DNA of 64,000 nucleotides from an uncultured Sphingomonadales bacterium (GCA_903848655.1 CAINGT010000076.1:12426-76425), one strand, 5' to 3'; shown: positions 25,406 through 36,416, numbered from the stretch's first letter. Translations and numbers: made by a program. Notes: generated from the letters alone by a model not told the origin.

Positions 25406-27760
25406 TCATGTCCGCAGCCGTTCGATCCCTTGCGCCAGCGCGACATACAATTTGCCCATGTCCGATGACAGCAGTGTCACCCCCACGGCATTGCCGTCGC
25501 GGGTGGCCAGCAACTGGCGCAGCATCGCTTCGAAATCGTGGATATAGCGGTTGACGTGGATGCGGAATTCTTCGTCCGCCTCATAGTGGTGCTGCACCGC
25601 CCGTGCATCGGCGCTATCGAGCAGCGATACCGCCCGGCGGGTGAAAATCCCGCGTTCACCGCGCAGATAAGCTGCCCACGCGCTTTCCGACACTTCGGCG
25701 GACAAAATGCGGCTGATGTCGATGGCGATGGAATTGAGGCTTTCGGTAATCAGCGCGGTGCGTCGGGCGAAATCGCTGTCGATGTGGTCTTCGGCACGAT
25801 CACGCAACTGGCTGACACGGATTTCCAGATTGCCCGCCAGTTCATCGATCCCTGCGAGTTGATCGCGCAAGTGCCCTGCTGTGTCGCGCGCGGCGCGCGA
25901 GGCACTGTCCATCGCCGATTCCAGCCGGTTGACCAGCTTCGCGCCCTCGCCTTGGGCGACTTGCGCCAGCGCGGCGCTCGCTTCATCGCCAAACCGCGCG
26001 GCAATCGCGCTGATCTGTGCGGCTGCTGCCTCGCCCAGTTCGCCCGTGGCGGTGCGTGCGGCCTGCTCCAATTCGGCAATCGCCGCTGCCAGCCGTGCCT
26101 CGATGGCTTCACCCAATGCATCGCTGTCGGTCCGCGCCGCGCGCAAGGCAACGCGCATCGCTGCCAGCCGCGCTTCCTGTTCGGCCGTATGCGCCAGCAC
26201 GGTGGCGTTAATCGTGGCAATTTCGTCAAGCACGGTGCCAAGCCGGTTGCGCGACTGATCGACCGTGCCCGACAATGCGGCACCGGCATCGCCCGCCTCG
26301 CGCAAGGTGTCGCGCAAACCGACCACGCGCTGGTCCACATCGCCAAGCCCGGCAATCGCGCTGCGCAATGCTTCGGGCAACTGGGTGCGGGTGTGATCGC
26401 TGGCCGCTTCGACCAGTTCGAGCAGACGCGCTGCCGCAGCGGTCAAATTTGCCACGCTGGCCCCGCTGTCGCCCAGCACGGTGCGCGCGCTGTCAAGCCG
26501 CGCCGTCAGAGTGGCCAACGCGTCGTCAAGCTGCGCAGCGGTGCGCGAACTTTCGTCGGCGGTGCCCGCGATTGTGCTGGCAAAGCCGGCGACGCGGTGT
26601 TCAAGGCTGGCGCAAACAGCGGCAAGCTGCGCAATCGCTTCGCGCTGGCGTTCGTGCTGGGCATCGAGCGTGGCATCGATCTGCCCCGCTTCTTCGCGCA
26701 GCGCACGGCCCAGCGCCCCGGCGCTGGCTTCAAAGCGGTTCAGGCGATCCCCGGCGGCGGTGATAAGGTGCTCCTGATCGCGCCCGATATCCGCAACCGC
26801 GCGCGCCAGATCTGCCGCCAGCGCTTCGGCGCGCTCGCGGATTTTCGCCAGCGCAGCGGCTTCTTCGCGATCGAGCCGCTCTCGCTGGTCGGCCAGCGTC
26901 ATGATTACCGCCTCCAGCCGCGATTCGCCTGCCATGCCGATACGTTCCCCGGCGCGGGCAAAAGCGGAGACCGCAATTTCGACCTGGCTGTAAAGTTCGG
27001 TAACTTTGCGCGCGCTTGATGCGCTGGAACTGTCGAGCCGGTTGAATGCGGCGATCAACGCGGCGAGTTGCCCGTCGGCGGTGCGCCCGGCATGGGCAAT
27101 CGCATTGGCAAGGTCTTTGGTTGAATTGCTGGCGACCGGCAGATGCGCACGCAATGCGGTGATATTGTCCAGCGCGGTCGCCGCGACGATGCCGATATTG
27201 TCAAGATCCTGGCCTTGTCCAGAGATCACCTCTTTCAACCGCTCGGCCGATCCGGCCAGCCGTTCAACCGCCACCCGCCCCAGTGATTCCAGATCACGGC
27301 TTTGCGCGGCGATGAAATCGCGCGCCAGCGACAGCTCGGTGTTCATCGATCGCAGCCGCGCTTCGAGCAGGCGGCTTTCGCCCGAAAGTGCCTGAACAAC
27401 AGCGGCATGGCGGCTGATGTCGCGCAAAGTGTGGCGCGCGATCAGCACTCCCAGCAACACCAGCGCTACCGGCATCGCCCATTGCGCCACCCACTCGACC
27501 AGCGTGTCGGCGTGTAACGGGCCATGTAGTGTCCCGGCTTTGCCCAACGCAAACGCTCCGGTCCAGGCCGCGATCAGCGCAGCGGCCACACCCGGCACGA
27601 TCCAGCGCCGGGCACCGGGCGGATCGAACACCGCTGGCGGTGGCGGGTCGATACTGGTATCGGCATCAGCGGGCGGCTGGCGCCCGGGCGGCTGATCGTC
27701 GGGCAGGTCGGCCTCGACCGGGCTGCCATCAAGCGCGAAAATGCGGGTTCTGCCGTTCAT
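25406..27760 (-). CDS. TipN/GPR(RgsE)-like polar landmark protein: two N-terminal TM helices, a long Ala-rich coiled coil and a conserved C-terminal domain
   Basis: TM segments WIVPGVAAALIAAWTGAFAL and WAMPVALVLLGVLIA. The C-terminus AWAAYLRGERGIFTRR...EEFRIHVNRYIHDFEAML...LSSDMGKLYVALAQ resembles, from memory, the TipN/GPR C-terminal domain. Start set at ATG 27760 (MNGRTRIF). Confidence 0.65.
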   Translation of the reverse strand: MNGRTRIFALDGSPVEADLPDDQPPGRQPPADADTSIDPPPPAVFDPPGARRWIVPGVAAALIAAWTGAFALGKAGTLHGPLHADTLVEWVAQWAMPVALVLLGVLIARHTLRDISRHAAVVQALSGESRLLEARLRSMNTELSLARDFIAAQSRDLESLGRVAVERLAGSAERLKEVISGQGQDLDNIGIVAATALDNITALRAHLPVASNSTKDLANAIAHAGRTADGQLAALIAAFNRLDSSSASSARKVTELYSQVEIAVSAFARAGERIGMAGESRLEAVIMTLADQRERLDREEAAALAKIRERAEALAADLARAVADIGRDQEHLITAAGDRLNRFEASAGALGRALREEAGQIDATLDAQHERQREAIAQLAAVCASLEHRVAGFASTIAGTADESSRTAAQLDDALATLTARLDSARTVLGDSGASVANLTAAAARLLELVEAASDHTRTQLPEALRSAIAGLGDVDQRVVGLRDTLREAGDAGAALSGTVDQSRNRLGTVLDEIATINATVLAHTAEQEARLAAMRVALRAARTDSDALGEAIEARLAAAIAELEQAARTATGELGEAAAAQISAIAARFGDEASAALAQVAQGEGAKLVNRLESAMDSASRAARDTAGHLRDQLAGIDELAGNLEIRVSQLRDRAEDHIDSDFARRTALITESLNSIAIDISRILSAEVSESAWAAYLRGERGIFTRRAVSLLDSADARAVQHHYEADEEFRIHVNRYIHDFEAMLRQLLATRDGNAVGVTLLSSDMGKLYVALAQGIERLRT

Positions 27761-27793
27761 GCGCTCTACTCTAGCACGGTTTTTGACGGCTGT

Positions 27794-27808
27794 GTAACCC
27801 TGCCTTAA
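27794..27808 (-). promoter_or_regulatory. CtrA-like binding site TTAA-GGCAGGG-TTAC
   Basis: The plus strand reads GTAA-CCCTGCC-TTAA, a 1-mismatch match to TTAA-N7-TTAA, 34 nt upstream of the tipN-like start. A GANTC site lies nearby at 27845-27849. Confidence 0.6.
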
Positions 27809-27895
27809 CCATAGGCGGACCACGCCGCGATGACCGGCAGCGGGGATTCGGTGCTGGCCGGGTCAACCGGCAGGGATTGAAGGAGAACAGGTTCG

Positions 27896-29104
27896 TTGCG
27901 CGTCGCCTTGCTGTCCCTGACTGATGCCGTTGCGGGCGCACCGCAAGGCTTGCGCGGCGATCTGACGATCGGCGGACGATCACTGGCGCGCCATCAATTG
28001 GGGCTGGTGCTGGCGCTGGGGTGCACGCGGGTGGTGCTGGTAACCGAAACGCTGACGAGCGGCGTGATCGCCCTGCAACGCGCAACAGAGGCGGCGGGCG
28101 CGCGGTTTCATGCGATTGCCACAGCCCATGCACTGCTTCCGCTGGTCAACGCTGATGATGATCTGATCGTGCTGGCCGATGACCTGCTCGCGCTGCCCGA
28201 AATCGCGCTGGCGCAGTTGGGCGAAGCACGCGGCGTGCTGGCGCTGCCGGTTGAAGCGGGCCTTGCCGCCGGATTTGAACGTATCGATATCAATCATGCC
28301 AGCGCCGGGGCGATGCGCCTGCCGGGTCGGGTGGTGGCAGGATTGGGCGATCTTCCGCCCGAATGGAATGCCCCCGCCGCACTGCTGCGGCTGGCGGTCC
28401 AGGCGCGGGTGCCGCTGCACCTGTTGCCCGAAGCGGTGGCCGCCGACGGGCGCTGGGCGCTGGTTCGCAGCGAAGCCGAAGCGCAGCGGATCGAGCCGGT
28501 GTGGCTGCACTTGCACACCGACAGCGCGCGCGGGCGCAGCCCGGGTGAATGGATCGCCGCACGCATCGTGCAAGCGGCGGGCCCCGCGTTGCTCCATGCC
28601 GGAACCCGGCCATGGGTCGTGGCACTGGGCGGGGTGGTGGCGCTGCTGCTCGCGCTCGGATCGGGTTGGTTCGGCTGGCGCACCCCCGGTTTCGTGCTGC
28701 TTGCGCTCGCCTGGGTGTTGGCGAGGGTGGCCACGCTGGTATCGCGGATTGAACAGCAATCGCTGCTTGAACCGGGCCGGTCTGCCCCCGTCGGGCAGTG
28801 GTTCGAACTGATGATCGATGGGGCCTTCGTCGTGCTGGCGGTGTGGCGCAGCCAGCTTTCCGATGTGCCGGTGGTGGTCCGCTGGTTTGCCCCGGTCATG
28901 GCGATGTTGCTGCTGCACTGGTTGCCCCGCGTGCTGCCCGGCGGTCGCTGGACATGGTGGCTGCGCGATCGGCTGGTGGCCGGGGCGGCGCTGGCGGTGA
29001 CCAGCGCTTTGCTGCCGTTTGACGTGTGCTTGCGCGCTGGCGCGCTTGCGCTGGTGATCTGGGCGATGACGATGACCCCGGCGCAGGCGGGTGGCGCGCG
29101 ATGA
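27896..29104 (+). CDS. Membrane protein of unknown function; nucleotidyltransferase-like N-terminus and CDP-alcohol phosphotransferase-like TM C-terminus, both apparently degenerate
   Basis: TTG start after an AAGGAG SD. N-terminal LTIGGRSLARHQLGLVLALGCTRVVLV; about 5-6 C-terminal hydrophobic helices containing G-QWF-E-LMI-D. ATGA overlap with the next gene. Confidence 0.6.
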   Translation: MRVALLSLTDAVAGAPQGLRGDLTIGGRSLARHQLGLVLALGCTRVVLVTETLTSGVIALQRATEAAGARFHAIATAHALLPLVNADDDLIVLADDLLALPEIALAQLGEARGVLALPVEAGLAAGFERIDINHASAGAMRLPGRVVAGLGDLPPEWNAPAALLRLAVQARVPLHLLPEAVAADGRWALVRSEAEAQRIEPVWLHLHTDSARGRSPGEWIAARIVQAAGPALLHAGTRPWVVALGGVVALLLALGSGWFGWRTPGFVLLALAWVLARVATLVSRIEQQSLLEPGRSAPVGQWFELMIDGAFVVLAVWRSQLSDVPVVVRWFAPVMAMLLLHWLPRVLPGGRWTWWLRDRLVAGAALAVTSALLPFDVCLRAGALALVIWAMTMTPAQAGGAR

Positions 29105-29982
29105 TCCACGCTGATTTTGCCCCCGGTGCGGCGGCGAGGCCCGCCGACGATATCCCGCTGCAACTGGCACGCGCCGATGATCGCCTCGCTGCTATCGCCA
29201 GCGCGCTGGAACAGCATGTCGTGCTTGGCCCCGCGCGGCTGCTCGATGACGAAACGGTAATCCGCGCGCGCGCGCTGGCGGGGGATCTGGCCCGCCAACT
29301 GGCCGATAGCGGACACGTGATGATCGACCGGGTACGCGATCTGTTGGCCGCCAATCGCCCGGTCATGGCGCATCTTCATGCGCTCGTGGTCGAATGGCGG
29401 GTGGCGAGCGCGCTGGCCGAACAGCGCGCGCTTGACCCGGTGTTGCCACCGCTGTGGCAACGGCGGCTCGATCCCGAGGTGGTCGGCAATGATGCCGCGA
29501 TGCTGACCACTGCGCTCGTCACCGCGCAAACCCGCATGGGCGAAGCGCTGCGACAGATGCGGCTGCCATTGGCCGAATTGCCCGGCGATCTGCACCATTT
29601 GGCGCAGCAGATTGCCGCTGCGGCGGGTGGCGATCCTGCCTCGGCGCACCGTTCGCCCGACGCCCCGGCGACACGGCTTGTGCTGCTTGAACGCGCGCTG
29701 GCGGGGCTTGGAAGCGACACGCTGCGGGCGTTGCGCATCGACGAGGCCGGTCTGGCGTTGTTTTTGACCGCATTGGCGGGTGCCGCCGGGTGTTCGCGCG
29801 AAACGGTGGCACTGGCCATGGCCGAAGATACCCCGATCAGGCTCGCGTTGCTGCTGCGCGCTGCCGGATTGCCGCGCGATCACGCCGCGCGGCAATTGCT
29901 GGCCATCCGTCCTGATGCCGATCCCGCGCTGGTCGCCGGTGTCGCCGATGGCACTGCTGCCGAACAGGTGCTGGGGCGATGA
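29101..29982 (+). CDS. DUF2336-like all-helical protein
   Basis: Start at ATG 29101 (MIHADF), coupled by ATGA overlaps on both sides. The C-terminal LFLTALAGAAGCSRETVALAM...RLALLLRAAGL resembles DUF2336 from memory. Confidence 0.55.
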   Translation: MIHADFAPGAAARPADDIPLQLARADDRLAAIASALEQHVVLGPARLLDDETVIRARALAGDLARQLADSGHVMIDRVRDLLAANRPVMAHLHALVVEWRVASALAEQRALDPVLPPLWQRRLDPEVVGNDAAMLTTALVTAQTRMGEALRQMRLPLAELPGDLHHLAQQIAAAAGGDPASAHRSPDAPATRLVLLERALAGLGSDTLRALRIDEAGLALFLTALAGAAGCSRETVALAMAEDTPIRLALLLRAAGLPRDHAARQLLAIRPDADPALVAGVADGTAAEQVLGR

Positions 29983-31346
29983 GCGCGCCAGCGCCCGTGC
30001 AAGGCCGGTGCGATCTGGCAGACCGGCTGGTCGAGGCGGATGTCACGCTGGCCGCATTGCATCAGCGCTGTGGCGGTGATCCCGCAGGGGTGCTGGCGGT
30101 GCCCGCGCTGCTGACCTTGGTGCGCCAGACCCGCGTTGCCGGAGTGGCACAAATGCGCCGTATCCGCGCGGTCGATGATGGCAAACCGATTACCTTTCTG
30201 GCCGAAGCCACGCCCGACCCACACGGCACCCGCATCGCGTTGACGCAGTGGCGGCTGGCGGGTGATACGCTGGGCGAACTCGATACGGCAGACGCAGTGC
30301 TGAACCAGATTGCCGCCGTCCATGGGCTGCTCGACAGCGAACAGCGCGTGCTGGCGGTCGATCTGCGCGAAGCGGCGGGCGACGATCCGGCGCTCGCCGC
30401 GCTTGCCGATCGGTGGCGCGCGGCGCGCCAGCCGTGGCACGCTGCGGTTGATCTGATCGGCGTGGCAACGCACCACCCGCTGCACTGGCGGATGCTGGAT
30501 GATGTGGCGTTTCGGCTGGCGGGATCGCCAACGGTGTGGCGCGCCCGGCTGCTGCCCAGGAGCGATGCCGGGTTTGACCTGCTGGTCTTGCCCGATGCAG
30601 CGGCACCGATGATCGCCATTACCGCTCCGGCACCGGCACTCGCCAGTGACAGTCGGCTGATCGGGCGCGATCTGGCCCCGGCCTTGCGGCAGCCGGTGCG
30701 CCGCATCATGGCGAGCGCCGAAATCATCCGCACCCGGCTGATTGGTCCATTGGCCGACGATTATGCCATGTATGCCGCCGATATTGCCGAAGCGGCGCGC
30801 CACTTGCTGGCGCTGGTCGAAGACATGGCCGATCTCGACGCGGTCGAATCGCCCGACTTCATGCCCGCGCGCGATGCCATCGATTGTGCCGATTGCGCCC
30901 GCCGCGCCGCCGCGATGCTGACAATCCGCGCCGCCGAACGCGATATCACGCTGGTGGTCCCGCCCATGCCCAGCCCGGTTCCGGCCATCGGCGAAGCACG
31001 CCGGGTGATGCAGATCCTGCTCAACCTGGTGACCAATGCGATCCGTTACAGCCCGGCGCAATCGACCATTACCATGACGTGCGGCAGCGATGGCGCGCAC
31101 GCATGGATTGCCGTCGCCGATCAAGGTCCGGGGTTGAGCGACGAACAGGCGATCAGCGTGTTCAACAAGTTCGAACGGCTGGGCCGCAGCGGTGATGGCG
31201 GGGCTGGGCTGGGGCTCTATATCGCGCGGCGGCTGGCGCGCGCGATGCGCGGTGATCTGGTCGTCGCCGGGCGCGGGCCGAACCTTGCGTCCGATGCGGG
31301 CGCAAGGTTCGTGCTGACGCTTCCCGCGCGCTTACCGTTGCGCTAG
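29979..31346 (+). CDS. Soluble histidine-kinase-like protein lacking the phospho-acceptor His (pseudokinase)
   Basis: HATPase boxes are intact ([25 protein letters not shown]). The DHp helix reads DLAPALRQP where SHELRTP is expected, followed by [31 protein letters not shown] as in PleC/DivJ-type DHp domains. Confidence 0.85.
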   Translation: MSAPAPVQGRCDLADRLVEADVTLAALHQRCGGDPAGVLAVPALLTLVRQTRVAGVAQMRRIRAVDDGKPITFLAEATPDPHGTRIALTQWRLAGDTLGELDTADAVLNQIAAVHGLLDSEQRVLAVDLREAAGDDPALAALADRWRAARQPWHAAVDLIGVATHHPLHWRMLDDVAFRLAGSPTVWRARLLPRSDAGFDLLVLPDAAAPMIAITAPAPALASDSRLIGRDLAPALRQPVRRIMASAEIIRTRLIGPLADDYAMYAADIAEAARHLLALVEDMADLDAVESPDFMPARDAIDCADCARRAAAMLTIRAAERDITLVVPPMPSPVPAIGEARRVMQILLNLVTNAIRYSPAQSTITMTCGSDGAHAWIAVADQGPGLSDEQAISVFNKFERLGRSGDGGAGLGLYIARRLARAMRGDLVVAGRGPNLASDAGARFVLTLPARLPLR

Positions 31347-32618
31347 CGGAACATAATCGCGCGGCGTCGGGCCGGTGTACAACTGGCGCGGGCGGCCGAT
31401 TTTCTGGCCTGGATCGGCGATCATCTCGTTCCATTGTGCCACCCAGCCAACCGTGCGCGCCAGCGCGAACAGCACGGTGAACATCGTGGTCGGAAATCCG
31501 ATGGCCGACAGGATGATCCCCGAATAGAAATCGACATTGGGGAACAGCTTTTTCTCGACGAAATAGGGATCGCTCAGCGCGATTTCTTCGAGCCGCAGCG
31601 CGGTTTCAAACAGCGGATCGGTGACGTTCAACGCCTGAAACACTTCGCGCACGGTAGACTGCATGACCGTCGCGCGCGGGTCATAGTTTTTGTAGACGCG
31701 GTGGCCAAATCCCATCAGGCGGAACGGATCGTTCTTGTCCTTGGCGCGATCAATATAGTGTTGGATGCGATCCGGCGTACCGATTTCGCGCAACATATTG
31801 AGCGCGGCCTCGTTCGCGCCACCATGCGCGGGGCCCCACAGACAGGCAATCCCCGCCGCCATGCAGGCAAACGGATTGGCCCCCGATGATCCCGCCAACC
31901 GCACGGTCGATGTCGATGCGTTCTGTTCATGATCGGCATGAAGGATAAAGATGCGGTCGAGCGCCTTTTCCACTTCGGGCACGACATGGTATTCCTCCGC
32001 TGGCACCGCAAACGTCATGCGCAGGAAATTGCCGGTATAAGACAGCCGGTTGTCGGGATAGACGAAAGGCTGGCCGACCGAATATTTGTAGGCCATCGCG
32101 GCAATCGTCGGGATCTTGGCGATCAGCCGGTGCGAACTGATCTTGCGCAAGACCGGATCGGCAATATCGGTCGAATCGTGATAGAACGCCGACAGCGCGC
32201 CGACCACCCCGCACATCACCGCCATCGGATGCGCATCGCGGCGAAACCCGCTGTAAAAGCTGCTCAACTGCTCGTGCACCATCGTGTGCCGCGTGATCGT
32301 GCGCGAAAAATCGTCAAGCTCCGCCTGGCTGGGCAATTCGCCGTTGAGCAGCAGATAGCTGACTTCCATGAACGACGAATTTTCCGCCAATTGCCCGATG
32401 GGATAGCCCCGGTGCAGCAGCACGCCTTCATCGCCATCGATATAAGTAATCGCGCTGTCGCAGCTTGCCGTGCTGGTAAAGCCGGGGTCATAGGTAAACG
32501 CGCCGGTCTGGGCATAGAGCTTGCGCACGTCGATCACGTCGGGGCCGATGGTCCCGCTATGCACCGGCAGGTCGATGGTCTTGCCATCGATGTTCAGCGT
32601 TGCCTGGTTCTCGCTCAC
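31332..32618 (-). CDS. gltA: Citrate synthase (type II)
   Basis: [79 protein letters not shown] start at 32618 after a GAGGAGG SD. Confidence 0.97.
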   Translation of the reverse strand: MSENQATLNIDGKTIDLPVHSGTIGPDVIDVRKLYAQTGAFTYDPGFTSTASCDSAITYIDGDEGVLLHRGYPIGQLAENSSFMEVSYLLLNGELPSQAELDDFSRTITRHTMVHEQLSSFYSGFRRDAHPMAVMCGVVGALSAFYHDSTDIADPVLRKISSHRLIAKIPTIAAMAYKYSVGQPFVYPDNRLSYTGNFLRMTFAVPAEEYHVVPEVEKALDRIFILHADHEQNASTSTVRLAGSSGANPFACMAAGIACLWGPAHGGANEAALNMLREIGTPDRIQHYIDRAKDKNDPFRLMGFGHRVYKNYDPRATVMQSTVREVFQALNVTDPLFETALRLEEIALSDPYFVEKKLFPNVDFYSGIILSAIGFPTTMFTVLFALARTVGWVAQWNEMIADPGQKIGRPRQLYTGPTPRDYVPLAQR

Positions 32619-32690
32619 GTCTGATACCTCCTCGTGCAATAGTGGCCGGGAACCCGGTCTGATAAGTCTGTCTGAATAGCGCCCGCGCGA

Positions 32691-34169
32691 TCAGGTGATC
32701 GGTGCGGGCACGCGCTGGTCACCGATCCGGCCCAGCGCTTCATCGCGCCCGAGCAGCACCAGCACATCGTAAATCCCCGGCGATGTGGTCGCACCGGTCA
32801 GCGCGGCGCGCAGCGGCTGGGCGATCTTGCCAAGGCCCATGCCCAGCTCTTCGGCCAAGGCCTTAAGCGCGGCTTCGAGCGCGGGCAGCGTCCAGTCGGG
32901 CGTGGCATGCAGCCGGGTGAACACCGCATCCAGCACAGGGCGCGCGGCTTGGCTCAACAGCGCGGCGGCTTTGTCATCGGGCGTGATCGGGCGCTGCGCA
33001 AACAGGAACCGCGCGCCTTGCGCCAGTTCGTTAAGATCGGCGGCGCGCACTTTGAGCACCGGCATCGCCGCTGTCAGCACGTCCGCTTGCGCCGCATCGG
33101 TCAGCCCCAGCATGGGCGCGATCAAGCCCGCCAGCCGCGCATCATCGGCCTGGCGCAGATAGAGCGCGTTGACATTGAGCAGCTTTTTGAGGTCGAACCG
33201 CGCCGCGCCTTTGTTGACCGCGGCAATATCGAACCATGCCACCGCTTGGTCGCGCGTGATGATCTCGTCATCGCCGTGCCCCCAGCCGAGCCGCAGCAGA
33301 TAGTTGACCACCGCCTCGGGCAACAGGCCCAGCTCATCGCGATAGGCATCGACCCCCAGCGCGCCGTGCCGCTTTGACAGTTTCGCCCCGTCGGCCCCGT
33401 GAATCAGCGGGATATGCGCATAAGCGGGAAGCGGCCAAGCCCCGGTACCGTCGGCTTGTTCAATCGTATGCATGGCGTCGATGACAACGCGCTGGCGAAA
33501 GGCATTGTTGATATGGTCATCGCCCCGGATCACGTGGGTCACGCCCATATCATGATCATCGACCACCACCGCGAGCATATATGTCGGCGTGCCGTCGCCG
33601 CGCAGAATCACGAAATCATCGAGTTCGCGGTTGCTCACGGTGATGCGGCCCTGCACCAGATCATCGATCACGCTTTCGCCGTCGCGCGGGGCCTTAATGC
33701 GGATGACATATGGCTGATCGTCGGGCCAAGTCGCAGGGTCGGCATCGCGCCATTCGCTGTCGATGCGGAACGGGCGGCGTTCGGCGGCTGCGGCTTCGCG
33801 CCGCGCGGCCAATTCGGCCTGCGTCAGATAGCAGCGATAGGCATGACCAGCGGCGAGCAAGCGGTGCGCGACTTCGGCATGGCGGTCGGATCGGGCAAAC
33901 TGGAACACTGGCGGCGCATCGCCTTCGAGCCCCAGCCAGCCAAGCCCGTCGAAAATCGCGGCGATGGCGGCATCGGTTGACCGCGCGCGATCGGTATCTT
34001 CGATCCGCACCAGATATGTCCCGCCGTGGTGGCGCGCGAACAGCCAGTTGAACAGCGCGGTGCGCGCGCCGCCGATGTGCAGAAATCCGGTGGGCGAAGG
34101 GGCAAAACGGGTGACGACCGCCGGATTGCGGGCCAAATCGGCAGAACTGGTCACAGTCGCACTTGCCAT
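32691..34169 (-). CDS. gltX: Glutamate--tRNA ligase
   Basis: [38 protein letters not shown]. Start set at ATG 34169. Confidence 0.96.
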   Translation of the reverse strand: MASATVTSSADLARNPAVVTRFAPSPTGFLHIGGARTALFNWLFARHHGGTYLVRIEDTDRARSTDAAIAAIFDGLGWLGLEGDAPPVFQFARSDRHAEVAHRLLAAGHAYRCYLTQAELAARREAAAAERRPFRIDSEWRDADPATWPDDQPYVIRIKAPRDGESVIDDLVQGRITVSNRELDDFVILRGDGTPTYMLAVVVDDHDMGVTHVIRGDDHINNAFRQRVVIDAMHTIEQADGTGAWPLPAYAHIPLIHGADGAKLSKRHGALGVDAYRDELGLLPEAVVNYLLRLGWGHGDDEIITRDQAVAWFDIAAVNKGAARFDLKKLLNVNALYLRQADDARLAGLIAPMLGLTDAAQADVLTAAMPVLKVRAADLNELAQGARFLFAQRPITPDDKAAALLSQAARPVLDAVFTRLHATPDWTLPALEAALKALAEELGMGLGKIAQPLRAALTGATTSPGIYDVLVLLGRDEALGRIGDQRVPAPIT

Positions 34170-34199
34170 CCCCGGCGCAATCCCTTTTGTTCGCAAGCT

Positions 34200-36416
34200 A
34201 TGGCAGACCCTGCGTTCGCACGATCCCCGCCGCTGCCCGCAGACTCTGCCGCAGCCAGCGTGAATCACGACGCCGGACCACCGCTCAGCCCCGCCGGGCA
34301 TTGCGGCAGTTTGGCGCGCTTGTCCAGTGTGCAGCGCACCATTGAACAATTCCTTGACGCCCGTCCGTTCGAACGCGGACCTTGGCTCGCGGTCGGATTT
34401 GGCGCGGGAATCGCGGGCTGGGCGGCACTGCCGGGGCCATGGCAATGGGCGGCGCTGATCGCCTTGTGCGCTGCGGCCATGGTGTTCGCCGCGCTGCTGG
34501 GGCGCGGCACCGGGGCGGACCATACCGCGCGCGCGATCATGGCCATGGCGCTGATGGTGGCGGCGGGTTGCACCACGATTTGGGCGAAATCGGCGCTCGT
34601 CGGCACGCCACCGCTGGCTTTACGCCAGACCGCGATGCTGACTGGGCGCGTGGTTGACCGGATCGACACGGGCGGAGCCGGGCCGGTGCAAATCGTGCTG
34701 GCAGCGCGCATCGCCGGGGTGGAGCGGCCCATGCTGGTCAAAGTGATCGTGCCCGACGCGCTCGACCAGCCCGGCCTAATCGTCGGGGCGACGATCACGG
34801 CGCGCGCGCGGATCGGCCCGCCGCCTCCGCCAATGTTGCCCGGTGCGCACGATTTCGCGTTTGCCGCGTGGTTTGCCGGGATTGGCGCGACCGGATCGCT
34901 GGCCGGGCCGGTCACGCTGATCGAAAGCGCCCCGCCGCGCCCGTCGCTGCGCCGGGTGCAAGCGGCGCTCCACGCGCATGTCGTGGCGCATTTGCCCGGA
35001 TCGGCAGGCGCGATTGCGGCCACGCTGGTCAGCGGGGATCGCGGTGCGATTGCGCGCGCCGATGCCGATGCGATGCGCGATGCCGGGTTTGCGCATTTGC
35101 TGTCGATCAGCGGGTTGCATGTCAGCGCGGTGATCGCCGGGGTCTATCTGCTGCTGCTGCGCACGCTGGCGCTGATCCCGTGGCTGGCGCTGCGCGTACG
35201 GTTGCCGCTGCTGGCGGCGCTCGGCGGCGCGCTGGCGGGGGTGGCCTATTGCCTGATTACCGGGTCGCAAGTGCCGACGATCCGGTCTGCCGCAGGCGCG
35301 GTGCTGGTGCTGGGCGCGCTCGCGCTTGGGCGCGATCCGCTGTCGATGCGGCTGCTCGCGGCGGCGGCGCTGGTGGTGATGCTGTTCTGGCCCGAAGCGG
35401 TGCTGGGGCCAAGCTTTCAGATGAGCTTTGGCGCGGTCATCGCGGTCATCGCGCTCTATGGTGCCGCGCCGGTCAAACGCTTTATCGCGCGGCGCGATGA
35501 AAGCGCGGTAATCCGGCTGGCGCGGCACGGCGCGATGCTGCTGATCAGCGGGCTGGTGATCGAAGCCGCGCTGATGCCGATTGCGCTGTTCCACTTTCAC
35601 CGCAACGGGGTCTATGGTGCTTTTGCCAATCTCTTGGCGATCCCGCTGATGACGCTGGTGACGATGCCGCTGCTCGCGCTGGCGCTCGCGCTCGATCTGA
35701 TCGGGTGCGGCGCACCGGCGTGGTGGGCGACGGGCCAATCGCTCGACGCAATGCTGTGGATTGCGCACACCACCGCCAGCCTGCCGGGCGCGGTCACCAC
35801 GCTGCCGATGATGCCGGGCGGGGTGTTTGCGCTGTGTGTCGCCGGGCTGCTGTGGCTTGCGCTGTGGAGCGGGCGGGTGCGCTGGTATGGCCTGATTCCC
35901 GCCGTAATCGGCGCGGCGGCGCTGGCCGGAACGCGCGCGCCCGATATTCTGATCGCGGGCGATGGGCGGCACGTCGGGATTACCGGGCTTGGCCCCGATC
36001 TGGTGGTGCTGGGCGAAACGCGCGGGCATCTGGCACGCGACAGCCTGTTGCAGGCCGCAGGCATGGCCGGGATTCCGCAAGCGCTCGAAGACTGGCCCGG
36101 CGCGCGTTGCACGCATGATTTCTGCGCGCTGGCGCTGACCCGCGCGGGCCGCCGCAGCGTGCTGCTGATCGCGCACAGCCATCGCCGCATCGATCCCGAA
36201 ACGCTGGCCCCGGCCTGCGCTCAGAGCGATATCGTGATCGCCGACTATACGCTGCCCGCCAGTTGCCACCCGCGTAGCTTGCGCGTCGATGCTGCGTTGT
36301 TGGCGCGCACCGGCGGCATGACGATCAATCTGGCCAGCGGCACGGTCCGCACTGTCGCCGCAACCAGCGCAAACCACCCCTGGCTGCGCTGGCGCATCGC
36401 CAGCGACGGACAGTGA
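34200..36416 (+). CDS. comEC: ComEC/Rec2 competence membrane protein
   Basis: Multi-TM protein with [37 protein letters not shown]. Start set at ATG 34200; divergent from gltX. Confidence 0.9.
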   Translation: MADPAFARSPPLPADSAAASVNHDAGPPLSPAGHCGSLARLSSVQRTIEQFLDARPFERGPWLAVGFGAGIAGWAALPGPWQWAALIALCAAAMVFAALLGRGTGADHTARAIMAMALMVAAGCTTIWAKSALVGTPPLALRQTAMLTGRVVDRIDTGGAGPVQIVLAARIAGVERPMLVKVIVPDALDQPGLIVGATITARARIGPPPPPMLPGAHDFAFAAWFAGIGATGSLAGPVTLIESAPPRPSLRRVQAALHAHVVAHLPGSAGAIAATLVSGDRGAIARADADAMRDAGFAHLLSISGLHVSAVIAGVYLLLLRTLALIPWLALRVRLPLLAALGGALAGVAYCLITGSQVPTIRSAAGAVLVLGALALGRDPLSMRLLAAAALVVMLFWPEAVLGPSFQMSFGAVIAVIALYGAAPVKRFIARRDESAVIRLARHGAMLLISGLVIEAALMPIALFHFHRNGVYGAFANLLAIPLMTLVTMPLLALALALDLIGCGAPAWWATGQSLDAMLWIAHTTASLPGAVTTLPMMPGGVFALCVAGLLWLALWSGRVRWYGLIPAVIGAAALAGTRAPDILIAGDGRHVGITGLGPDLVVLGETRGHLARDSLLQAAGMAGIPQALEDWPGARCTHDFCALALTRAGRRSVLLIAHSHRRIDPETLAPACAQSDIVIADYTLPASCHPRSLRVDAALLARTGGMTINLASGTVRTVAATSANHPWLRWRIASDGQ

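Noticed and set aside
34026-34523. Upstream-extended starts for gltX (34523) and comEC (34026); similar extensions for ccmB (47405), murD (57597), map (40363), alkA (44842)
   Set aside because: The extensions overlap neighbouring genes and lack homology-like sequence. Downstream starts fit SD sites or ATGA/GTGA coupling.
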